From: Lama guanicoe
Lineage: Eukaryota
Length of the DNA stretch: 64,000 bases
Reading direction: 5' to 3'
Assembly: GCA_013239625.1 (NCBI GenBank)
Contig: MU054323.1
Coordinates: 16,186,029-16,250,028 of the forward strand
Positions 1 through 9,869 of this stretch are shown one piece after another. Every line of letters begins with the position of its first letter. Positions within the stretch are counted from its first letter, which is position 1. Made by a program: the position numbers and the translations under genes. Under the pieces are notes generated by a model. It searched no databases, had not been told where the DNA came from, and saw only the letters and a program-made list of their open reading frames with translations.

Positions 1-670
1 TTGAAAGATCCAGTTTTATTCTTGGCAACACATACTGTCTGTCAGTTATTGTCCTTGAAGGCATAGGCACACTTTATTCATTTTGAACAAATGTCTGCCA
101 AATAGCCAAGCCTGAGTAATCACAGAGTATCAGTCGATTATTCCTTCAAGTCAAAGTAGAATTTTATGGAAAAAAGCAGAGAGCTCACCACGCAACTCAA
201 AACAATTATTCAAGTGATTTTCCTTGAGACAAAACTTGTCCTTCAGTACGCAGCAGAAACACAATAATCAATTAATCCAAGATAAATGAGAAAAAGTGGT
301 AAAAATGAACAAAGAGCCATAAAAAACAATAAAATAATGCCATTTGATATTCTTAAGTGAGACTGGCTGTTTTTCTTTTCTTTTGTCTTTCTGTCTGTCT
401 TTTTTCTTTTCTGTTTTTACTGTATAGGGCAGTAAAGAATGCAAGGATTACAAGCACAGTTTTTTTTTTTAACAGTATAATTTTGTGTTCTATCTTGACA
501 AGTGCTAAGATGCTAGCAGTCTTACCCACCATTGCTTTATTGCTTTTGCAACATCAATGCAAGTTAATATAAACCAAACCTTGCTTTTGTATTATTATAA
601 AAATTGATTTGACCTTGCAGACTTCCAAAAGGGTCTTAGGGAATCCTAAGGATCATATTTTGAGATATGC
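1..670. mobile_element. hAT-Charlie (Charlie1-like) DNA transposon fossil, terminal fragment
   Basis: Degenerate similarity to the Charlie1 consensus as recalled (e.g. 'aaatgtctgccaaatagccaag', 'cttacccaccattgcttt', 'ttgaccttgcagacttccaaaagggtct...tttgaga'); boundaries approximate. Confidence 0.65.
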
Positions 671-831
671 TTTTTTAATACAACTTTCTGGTCATTACTG
701 CTCTAGTCCAATAGTGTCACTTTAAAGGTAAGACTAGGTGTGTGAAAATCCTAACACCGAACTAGATGGTGAAGAGCATTTTTAGCAGTTGGGTCCTTAA
801 TGTGCTTCAAATCACAGTATAGAATCTATAC

Positions 832-1172
832 TGTTACAGAAATGGCAGGCCAGCCAAGAAATAAACACCACTCGGAGGGAGGGTTGGAGTACTCAGGTTT
901 ATTATGCTGGCGAGCTCAGAGGGGCTATCGCTCCAGAGCTCTGAGCGCCTCCGGGAAGTGTAAGTGAGGTTTTATAGGGTCTCTTACAAGCTTGGGGTCC
1001 ATCAACCATTGAGTGAGTACAGCTAGGCAGTATCATAAAAGCAGAAGCAAAGGGTTGCTTGCAGTAACCCAAAACCAGTCTAGCAAGGTGAAACTTAAAA
1101 TTCATGAGTTAACTTAAAATGCATGAGTTTAGCCCAGCCCAGTCTTGGCCCAGCCCAACCTTTTCCTTCTCA
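832..1172 (-). repeat. 3' LTR of provirus (341 bp)
   Basis: TG...CA termini; minus-strand TATAAAA at 970-976 and AATAAA at 898-903; direct repeat of 9076-9416. Confidence 0.97.
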
Positions 1173-1184
1173 TTCCCCTCTCTT
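1173..1184 (-). other. Polypurine tract (PPT)
   Basis: Minus strand AAGAGAGGGGAA immediately precedes the TG of the 3' LTR. Confidence 0.9.
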
Positions 1185-1189
1185 GATGC

Positions 1190-2521
1190 TTTTACAACCC
1201 AGGTTGGGTAAGCGTCATCCTCCATCTGTTGTAGAGGCTCATAATTGGAAGCTAACATCTGGAGCTTTATAGCCTCTATCCGCTGACGAAACAGATCAGG
1301 AAGTTTAAGATACAGGGCCCAAATAGTAGAGATGCACAAATTAGGAGCAAGGGACTTATGAATGGTGCCAGCCAGGAAGTCCAGCTCCAGGGGCCTGTCC
1401 ATGGATCCTTATCCGAAATATATTTTCTCTGTTCCACCCAGTCCTGCAGCTCCTGGACCATCCCTCTTTCAATCCCTGATTGGTTGGCATAAAAACAGCA
1501 CTCTTCATTAAGGAAGAGGCATAGTACCCCCTTTTCAGCAGTGAGTAGGTCTAGACCCATTCTGTTCTGTACTACCTTGCCCAAGGAGTCAGTCCAATTT
1601 TGCAGAGCCCCCACGGTTTCTGCCACACGTTGGAAGTCTTGAGTAAATTCTCCTGTAATGCCAATAATGGTAATGGGAGGATGAGGCTATGCCACCAATT
1701 CCAGTGCCTACCCCTGTTGCTATTCCAAGTCCTATGAGCAAGAGGATCAGTTGTATGGCCCGCTTCACTCTTCTTGGCTGTTGGTGAGCAACAACTGGGA
1801 CGGGAAGGCTCTGGTTGCTGGGCAGAATATCTATCTGGAGGGTGAGATAGGCTAACGCACATAGCCCTGTCCAATTTGCGGGAAGGCATCGGTAGGCAAG
1901 CTTGCCACACACGAGATAAGCCCCAACCTTGGTGGGTTGAACACCAACCTTGGGTGGGTTGGCAGCCCTGTTCCATACAGTGAGAGGTCTTATTACATTG
2001 ATTTATGGTCCGATTGCCTCCTAATGGACTGGTTCCATTGCTGAAATAACATTCTGGTGCCTTGTAGGCGAGCTGTACCCAGCTTAGCCTAGGACTCCTA
2101 GTGGTAGAAGTGGTATCACCATTAGTCGTGGTGAAAACCTTAGTGAGGTTTGCCACAGGCAGAGCTAGGTGCTGGATGGGACCGGATGCAAGCAAAGCCA
2201 GCAATCTTTAGCCAGGTTCAGATTGGAGTGATTGAGAATCCCATGGGCCGCAGCCAACAGCCCATCTATATGTGGGTCTAGGCTTTGGGGCTCTGTCAGA
2301 GATGGTAACTTTAGTGGGCCCCTCTGTGGTGGAGAAGGGGGGCCCACAAAATCAAAATCTTCCTTGTCTAGTTTGGGATCGGGATACTGTCTACCCTGTT
2401 GTGTTCTCTGGGGCGTGCTGCGTAATTCATTTCTCATGTCTTCTATCTCCTCATCCCAGTGCTCACTGGTCAAAGACACCAGTAACATCAGTAGCATTAA
2501 CCCTATGATTATCTTAGACAT
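1190..2521 (-). pseudogene. env: ERV env, gamma-type, about 4 frameshifts (~2190, ~1950, ~1660, ~1285)
   Basis: Signal peptide MSKIIIGLMLLMLLVSLT; CWLC; furin site RVKR/AIQ; fusion peptide; ISD QNRMGLDLLTAEKG; CX6CC (CLFLNEECC); membrane anchor; tail QRIEAIKLQM. Spread over several frames; 3' end approximate. Confidence 0.93.
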
Positions 2522-2685
2522 AATGCTGTGGTGATGAAACTAGTTATAACAAGGTATAAAATAGCTATCAGGATCTTATGGCCTATATTCCAGTCAGGTG
2601 AGGCGGTGCTGGCCGGCTCCATTGCCAATAAGCAGGCTAGTACAGCAAACAAGGAAAAAGGCAAAGGAGCACAAGAGGAATACAT
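2509..2685 (-). CDS. Putative 58-aa small hydrophobic ORF between pol and env
   Basis: Hand translation: MYSSCAPLPFSLFAVLACLLAMEPASTASPDWNIGHKILIAILYLVITSFITTALCLR*; uninterrupted; two hydrophobic segments; expression unknown. Confidence 0.35.
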   Translation of the reverse strand: MYSSCAPLPFSLFAVLACLLAMEPASTASPDWNIGHKILIAILYLVITSFITTALCLR

Positions 2686-2708
2686 TCAGCAGTTTCGCTT
2701 AGTTTTCC

Positions 2709-5700
2709 TCAGGCTTCGGCCGTGCGTTGACTAGCCAGCTTCCGGGTGTGTCTAGAGCAGGGCTTGTTGATCCTTTTCTGATCTCTCTTGATCTTGATCT
2801 TGAGCGGGTCTCCTAGGACACTCTCAATTTTCCAGGGACACTCTGTCTCAGGTGAAATCACTCTCTTAACCCTGGAGTGGTGGATCCACGGGACGATTCC
2901 TGTAACCTTAACAGCTGCTGGGGTAGTTAGTACAACTAAATATGGTCCCTTCCACGTTGGTTTCAGGGGTTCCTTTTTCCAGTCCTTCACTCATACTTGG
3001 TCTCCCAGTTCGTGGGGATGCAACTGGATTCCTAGTGAGATGGGGGTTCTTTCTATTACCCAACTCCAGATCTCCTGTAAGACTTGTCCTCACCCTTGTA
3101 ACTGGCAATGGAGCTCTAAATTTCCTGCCTCTGGGGTGGTGTTTCCTACTTTGACTATGGGCGGGGGCCACCCGTAGAGAATCTCAAATGGGGAGTACCT
3201 GATGTTAAATCTTGGGGTGCATCAAATTCACAACAGAGCCAAGGGCAAAATGTCCACCCAAGGGAGCTGAGTTTCTTGGCTGATTTTGGTTATAATTTGT
3301 TTCAGAGTCCTGTTCATTCATTCCACTTTCCTGGAGCTTTGGGGTCGATATGTTGTGTGTAAATTCCAATGGATGTTCAGTGCTTTTGCCACTTGTATAA
3401 CCTCTGCCATGAAGGTGGGTCCACTGTTGGACCTGATGGAGGTAGGCATTCCAAATTGAGGGATAACATTCCTGAGGAGAACCTTTGTGACCTCTCTTGC
3501 TTTTTCAGTCCTGATGGGGTAGGTTTCTACCCATCCTGTGAAGGTACAGACGAAAACCAGTAGGTATTTATATCCCCTACTGGGCCCAAGTTCAGTAAAA
3601 CCTACTTCTAAGTCTTCGAAGGGAGCCAGTCCGCATTGTTGTATTCCCATTGGCCCAGTAGGCCCTTGTTTTGGGTTGTTTTGAGCACAGAGCAAACAGC
3701 ATTGAGAGACTGATGCACATAAAGTGGGGAGGCGAGAAATCAGAAAATATCGCTTTAGGAGGGTCTCCAGAGCCATTTTTCCCATGTGGGTGGCTTCATG
3801 TTGTTTGACTATGCGGTAGGCCAGGTGCTCTGGGACGAATATTCTCCCACCTGCCATGATCCACCATCCATCCTTTCCTTTTTTACCTTGTTCTGTTTGT
3901 GCCCACTTGTTTACATCCTGGCTGTATTCTGGGGAAGTGGGTAACTCTGGCGCTGCCATAATTGTGGTTACCGGCTATTCCCAGGCAGCTACCTCTTTTG
4001 CCTTTTGATCAGCCAGCCTGTTACCTTGGCTCACAGGGTCATTTCCTTTTTGGTGTCCCTTACAATGGATAACGGCCACTTCCTTCGGATCCCATACTGC
4101 CTCCAGTAACTATAGGATTTTTTTCTTTGTTCTTGATTTCCTTTCCCCCAGCAGTCAAAATTCCTCTCTCCTTATAGATGGCTCCATGTACATGAAGGGT
4201 TGCAAAAGCATATTTGGAGTCTGTATATATATTGACTCGCTTTCCTTTTCCTTCTCTTAGTGCCTGGACCACAGCCCAAATCTCTGCTTGCTGGGCAGAC
4301 CATCCCGGGGGAAGGGGTTCTGACTTGATCACATCACAGGTTGTTGTGACAGCATATCCTGCCCACCGTTGTCCATCTTGCACGTAACTGCTGCTGTCCG
4401 TAAAGAGCTCCAGGTCTGGGTTTTGGAGGGGCATGTCGGTCAGAACAGGCCTGCTTGCGTATACTTTTTCAATGACTTCCTCACAGTCATGGTCAGGCTG
4501 TCCTTTCACTTAAGGTAGGTAAATGGCTGGGTTTAAGGTTCGTACAGTCTCCAGGCGCACCCTTGGATTCTCACATAATATCTCCTGGTAGTGGGTCATC
4601 CTTGCATTCGTTATCCACTTGTAACCTGGGCTGTTCATCAGGGTCACCACGGAGCAGGGCACTCTTATGTTTATAGTCTGTCCTAGCGTGAGTTTGTCTG
4701 CCTCATTGACCAGGAGGGCTGTGGCAGCGAGGGCCCACAGATAGGGTGGCCATCCTGATGCCACTGGGTCCAGTCTTTTGGACAAATAGGCCACAGGGCT
4801 CTGGCATGGTCTCACATTCTGAGTCAGGACTCTGAGAGCGACCTGATCGCTTCCATGCACAAACAGGTTGAATTCCCGTGTCACATCTGGCAGGCCCAAT
4901 GCCGAAGCCTGTATCAATAATTCTTTTAGTTGCCTGAAGGCGTTTTCTTGTTTAGTTTCCCACTGGAGGGCTTCCTTCCTTGACCCAGCAGTAGCCTCAT
5001 ATAGGGGCTTGGCTATCCTTGAAAATCCAGGAATCCAGATCCAGCAGGAACCGGCTGCACCTAGGAGTTCCTGTAGTTTCCTTTCTGTTTGTGGTCTCGG
5101 TATGGCGCAAATAACTTGTTTTCGTTCTGGCTGCAAGGCTTGGTGTCCTTTTGAGATAATGACTCCCAGGTATTTGACTGTCTTCTTGCAGATTTGGGCC
5201 CTTTTCCATGAGACCTTGTATCCCGTCGTCTGGAGTAACTCCAGAAAGGCTCGAGTTCCTCTCCAACAGTCTTCTTCTCCTGGACTGGCTAGTAACAAAT
5301 CGTCCACATATTGGAGCAGGGTGCAGTTCAGCGTTTCCCCAGGGAATTTTACAAGGTCTGTGGCTAGTGCCTCTCCGAACAGGGTGGGTGAGTTTTTAAA
5401 CCCTTGGGGAAGGCACGTCCAAGTCAGTTGGGTTTTCCTCCCTGCATGAGGATCCTGTCATTCAAATGCGAATATGGAGTGGCTCACCAGTGAGAGTCAA
5501 AGGCAGAAGAAAGTGTCTTTAAGGTCCAGACATGTGAACCATCTGGCACTTGTGGGAATGAGGCCTAGGAGAGTATATGGGCTTGGCACCACTGGGTGTA
5601 TGGTGATGGTTACTTCGTTGACCTTCTGTAGATCCTGAACTGGTCTATAGTCTGTTCCCTCTGCTTTCTTTACTGGGAGCAACGGTGTGTTCCAAGGAGA

Positions 5701-6347
5701 TCTGCATTCAGTTAAGATTCCCTCTTGCCGTAGGTGCTGTATGTGCTTCTGGATTCTTAGGTGTGCCTCTTGAGGCATAGGGTATTGTCTCTGCCTGACT
5801 GGGCTAGCTCCAGGCTTGAGGTCAATTACTAGTGGTGCTTGATTACGTGCTAGGCCTGGTGGCCCATTTTCAGCTCAGACCGATGGGAACTCTTCCATGA
5901 GCCCATCAGGGTTTTACTTGGCGGGGGGGATTCACTATTTTCATACAAATGCCATTCCTCCTCTCGGGGAACGGAGATAGCCAGGATCATGGACCCTCCC
6001 TGGAGGGTCAGGTATGCTTGTTTCCCGGGGACGAAGGTAATTTGAGCCCCCAATTTAGATAGAAGGTCTCTTCTGAGCAATGGTATCAGGCATTCAGGCA
6101 AGTATAAAAATTTACGTGTCACTAGATGGCCCCCTACTTGACAGGATCGTGGTTGGCAGAAATGGCAGGCAGTTGAGTCCCCAGTAGCCCCTATAATGGT
6201 CACCTTTCTCTTGGTCAGGGGGGCTACAGGCTGGGTCACCACAGAATACTCTGCTCCTGTGTCCACCATAAAAGTCATTTGCTGGCTCCCTATCAACATC
6301 TTCACCCTGGGTTCCCGGGGGCCCAGGGTCAGGGAGCCCAGTCTTTC
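2709..6347 (-). pseudogene. pol: ERV pro-pol (protease, RT, RNase H, integrase), multiple stops and frameshifts
   Basis: [40 protein letters not shown]; RNase H FTDSSS and YTDSKYAF; IN HEATH...CLLC; DDE degenerate (EVGFT, RSNSGP); C-terminal WKGPY and PWIHHSRVK. Confidence 0.96.
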
Positions 6348-7900
6348 CTATTCTGAGTCGATTCTGGCCAGTCTGATGAGGTAGGTAGGTAGGCTTCTTG
6401 AGGGGTGCTCTCTTCCCATCCTTTCTGTTTGGGCACTCGTTCTTCCAGGGTCCTGTCTCCTGGCAGTATGCACACTGGTCTCGGCTCAAGGGCATCCAGG
6501 GTCGAGGTCCCCTTATCCGAGGTGGTGCAGGGTTCTGGTCGAAGCCTATTTTCCCCAGGGCTGCTGCAAGGAGTGCTGCTTTCTGCTTCATTTGCTGGTT
6601 TGCTTCTCATTTGCCTTCCCGTTCTCGGTTTACAAAAATCTTGTTTGCTACTTCCAGCAGCTGAGTAGCATTTATCCCTGCGAATCCAACCAGTTTCTGG
6701 AGTTTCCGGCATATATCTGGGCACGACTGGGCAGCGTTGACCATCCGCTGGTTTTCTTGGGCTTCAGGGTCAAATGGGGTATAGAGTCGGAATGCTTCAC
6801 AGAGTCTCTCATAGAAGTCAGTGAGTGTTTCATCTGGCCTCTGGGTCACCGTGGTTGTTTTAGACTATTAGTCGGCTTCTTGGCTCCTGCTCTTAGTCCT
6901 TGTAGGATGGCTTCCCGGTACTCATGTAGTGCTTCTCTTCCTTCTTGGGTGATAAAGTCCCAATTTGGTCTGGTGTCAGGGGCCGCGTCATGGTCCACCC
7001 CTCAACATCCAGTGTGTCCCCGGGGGCTTGGCCCTGTAGCCATTTTTGTGCTTCAGTGAGAATGCGTCTCCTCTCCTCCGTATTGAAAAGGATCAGAAGC
7101 AGCTGGCAAACATCTTCCCAGATGGTCCAGTGAGAATAAAAGATAGACTCTACAAGGCCAATCATAGCCTGTGGTTTTTCAGAGTAGGAAGGAGAATGAT
7201 GGCGCCAATTGAGAAGGTCTGTAGTGCTAAAGGGTTGGTAGTAGAATATGGGGCACCCGGGTTGAACAGTCCCATCTTCCCCAACTTTCTGTGGCCCGTG
7301 TGTCTCCCGCAGCGGCATTTGGAGGGCCCATGGTGCTGGTCTCCCAGCTTGTGCTGAGCAGTCTCTTCCTACCGGCTCAGGCTGGGGGTCAGGCTCTGCC
7401 TCTGGGTCCTCACATTGGGGAGCTGGTGATACAGGTGGTGGCGGTGTCTCCAGTGGGACCGGAGGTGTCGGTGCCCCGGGGACATATGGAGGGGGCAGGC
7501 ATGTCTCATCTTCTGTGTCTCCCTGGAAAATAGGCTTTTCTCTATCTGTCTTTTTGGCCTGGACCGGCTGAGCTGCTAGTATCTTGCATTGTCCAGGTCC
7601 ATTTGAGTAGAATTGAATTCATGGGGGTAGAGTCTGGGCAATATTCTGCCAGGAGTCAATGTAAGGGAATTGATCTGGGTGGCCTGGGGTTCAAGTAATT
7701 ATTTGATAGACTGCTTGCACTGTTGCTAAGTCCAAAGTTCCTCCTGAGGGCCATCTGACTCCAAAGGTTGGCCATTCAAGCTCATACAAAGTACAGAGCT
7801 TGCCAGGGGCCATTCAAACTCCATAGTCTCCTGAGAACCCCTTTTTGAAATTCTTAATCATGTAGTCTAGGGTGGTGGGTTTTGACTTTGAGCCTCCCAT
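6348..7900 (-). pseudogene. gag: ERV gag, disrupted
   Basis: ATG at 7900 MGGSKSKPTTLDYMIKNFKKGFSGDYG (myristoylation Gly2); CA YQPFSTTDLLNW; MHR QRPDETLTDFYERL; NC CAYCQETGPWKNEC (His replaced by Pro); amber TAG at 6348-6350. Confidence 0.95.
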
Positions 7901-9053
7901 TTCGTCTAGGTGTTTTAAGGATGGTAAGTCTGTTGCTTTGGGTGCTTGGGAAGGTAGCCTTTATATCTCCTCCTTCTCCACTCTTCAAAGCACTGGAGTT
8001 CTCAGAAGGACCGCGCTCTTGCTGGCTCTGTGAGTCGTTTGAAGGCTAACTTGGTCAAAGAGTCTGGGCTCCAGCCATGGCTGACGTCTCTAAAGCCCAA
8101 GGCAAGAGCCAGCTCCAGGGGCTTCCTCACCAAATCCTCCCTTTATCCTGAACTAACGTACCAAAGGGACTGGGACTGACGCTTGATGGCTAAACAAATG
8201 GACTAGAAAGGGGACTTCTAAGGCCAGGTGAGCCCAGTCTTGAAGAAATCTCTGTTCTAAACTCAAGTCCTGAGAGTCTGAGGTTAGGCAAAAGGGACAC
8301 CCATTAGGTCAGTTCAGGAGCTGGGACAGCAAGTCTCGGGTGTTCTGTGACAGAGGTAGGTAAGAGACTTTCTCAAAGAAATGGTGGCCTAGCCTCTGGA
8401 CGCACAGGGGGCACTGACTCATCGGCCGTTTTATGTCCCTTTCCCTCTGGTGTGGCCACCCTGTGCCGGTGTCACAGACAAGACAAGGGAGGGATTTCGC
8501 TGCATCTGCCTGGCTGCTCCCCTCATGGGGACTAAGGTGCCTCTTAGCTTTAGCGGGTCAGTATAAGCCGCTGATTCCGATCGATACCCTGAGGGGCCGA
8601 TACCGCCCTGAGCTGTATGAGGTCACCACAGAACTGCAGGTTGGGACTCACTCAGACTCTGTAGCCAGAATCTGTGGAGCTACAAACTTGAGCCTGATCG
8701 CATGCTTTTCAGGCTGCACATTCACACACACACAGAGGTTAACAGTCCTCCCACATTATCCTGAAACCTGGTGCACCATTCGGGTGCAGGAGGGGATCAG
8801 CCTCCTCTTCTGTCCACTGGGACAGGACCTGATTTTAATCCTGGGGTCCTACCTTGTCTGGACAGTTGCCTGGTGAGTCTGTCTGTCCCTCCACCGAGTC
8901 TGGCTGAGGTCTGGCCTCACGGGGGGCTGAGCCACCGTGGCAAAAGAGAACCTGGAATACCGTCAGGTGGTGCCACCTTGTTCGTCGCCAGAGTCTTGTC
9001 CCCCGATTGGCCAGAACCACCAGTCCAGCATCTCAAGGGGCTGGCGTTGTTGA

Positions 9054-9071
9054 ATCTCACTGGGGCCTCCA
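9054..9071 (-). promoter_or_regulatory. Primer-binding site, tRNA-Thr type
   Basis: Minus strand TGGAGGCCCCAGTGAGAT, 4 nt downstream of the 5' LTR; 17/18 complementary to the 3' end of mammalian tRNA-Thr(TGT) as recalled. Confidence 0.85.
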
Positions 9072-9075
9072 GAAA

Positions 9076-9416
9076 TGTTACAGAAATGGCAGGCCAGCCA
9101 AGAAACAAACACCACTCGGAGGGAGGGTTGGAGTACTCAGGTTTATTATGCCGGCGAGCTCAGAGGGGCTATCGCTCCAGAGCTCTGAGCGCCTCCGGGA
9201 AGTGTGAGTGAGGTTTTATAGGGTCGCTTACAAGCTCGGGGTCCATCAACCAATAGGGTGAGTACAGCTAGGCAGTATCATAAAAGCAGAAGCAAAGGGT
9301 TGCTTGCAGTAACCCGAAACCAGTCTAGCAAGGTGAAACTTAAAATTCATGAGTTAACTTAAAATTTATGTGTTAGCCCAGCCCAGTCTTGGCCCAGCCC
9401 AAGCTTTTCCTGCTCA
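9076..9416 (-). repeat. 5' LTR of provirus (341 bp), promoter pointing leftwards
   Basis: TG...CA; minus-strand TATAAAA 9214-9220 and AATAAA 9142-9147; CCAAT (+ strand) 9250-9254; followed on the minus strand by the PBS. Confidence 0.97.
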
Positions 9417-9869
9417 ATACCATATTAAAGATGATAACCACTCCACTTGTAACTAATGCTGTCACTGCATACACAAGTGATTTTTTACGTGATGAAAAAC
9501 AGGGCCTGGAATTGTTAAATTAAATGTAATAGTTATGAGTTACCTTCCGTAGAAGGAGTTGAAGATGGGAAAAATTGCAGTAGGGAAAAAAATATCAGAC
9601 AGGAGGAATTTCTGAAAGTTTCCAGAATGAAGGAGGACAGAAAAGAAGAATGAATGAAGAAAAGGGGAAGATGGATATTTAGGGTATAAAGCACAAGAAA
9701 AGATACAAATAAAGAAGGGAGGGACACATAAATAGAGTTGTATTGGATCTGTAGATTTATGGAAAGTTGTCAGAAAAGCCCACTGGTATAAAAAACAATT
9801 TTCTAAAATCAGCTTCACTTACTATGCAAAGTGTTTTAGATTTGTATGCCTTACATCATACGGGTGCAT

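Larger units (their letters stand above)
832..9416 (-). mobile_element. Full-length endogenous gammaretrovirus-like (ERV1) provirus, defective
   Basis: Two near-identical TG...CA LTRs, ATAC duplicated at 828-831 and 9417-9420, PBS, PPT, and LTR-gag-pro-pol-env-LTR order on the minus strand. Confidence 0.98.

Noticed and set aside
1190..2521. Functional full-length env or syncytin
   Set aside because: About four frameshifts and a degenerate ISD; no full-length SU-TM product is possible
4868..5449. 193-aa antisense ORF in pol, and other plus-strand ORFs in the provirus
   Set aside because: Shadow frames of pol/gag with non-ATG starts or no recognisable motifs
2709..7900. APOBEC3 hypermutation of the provirus
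   Set aside because: Most Trp codons are intact and most stops fit CpG deamination
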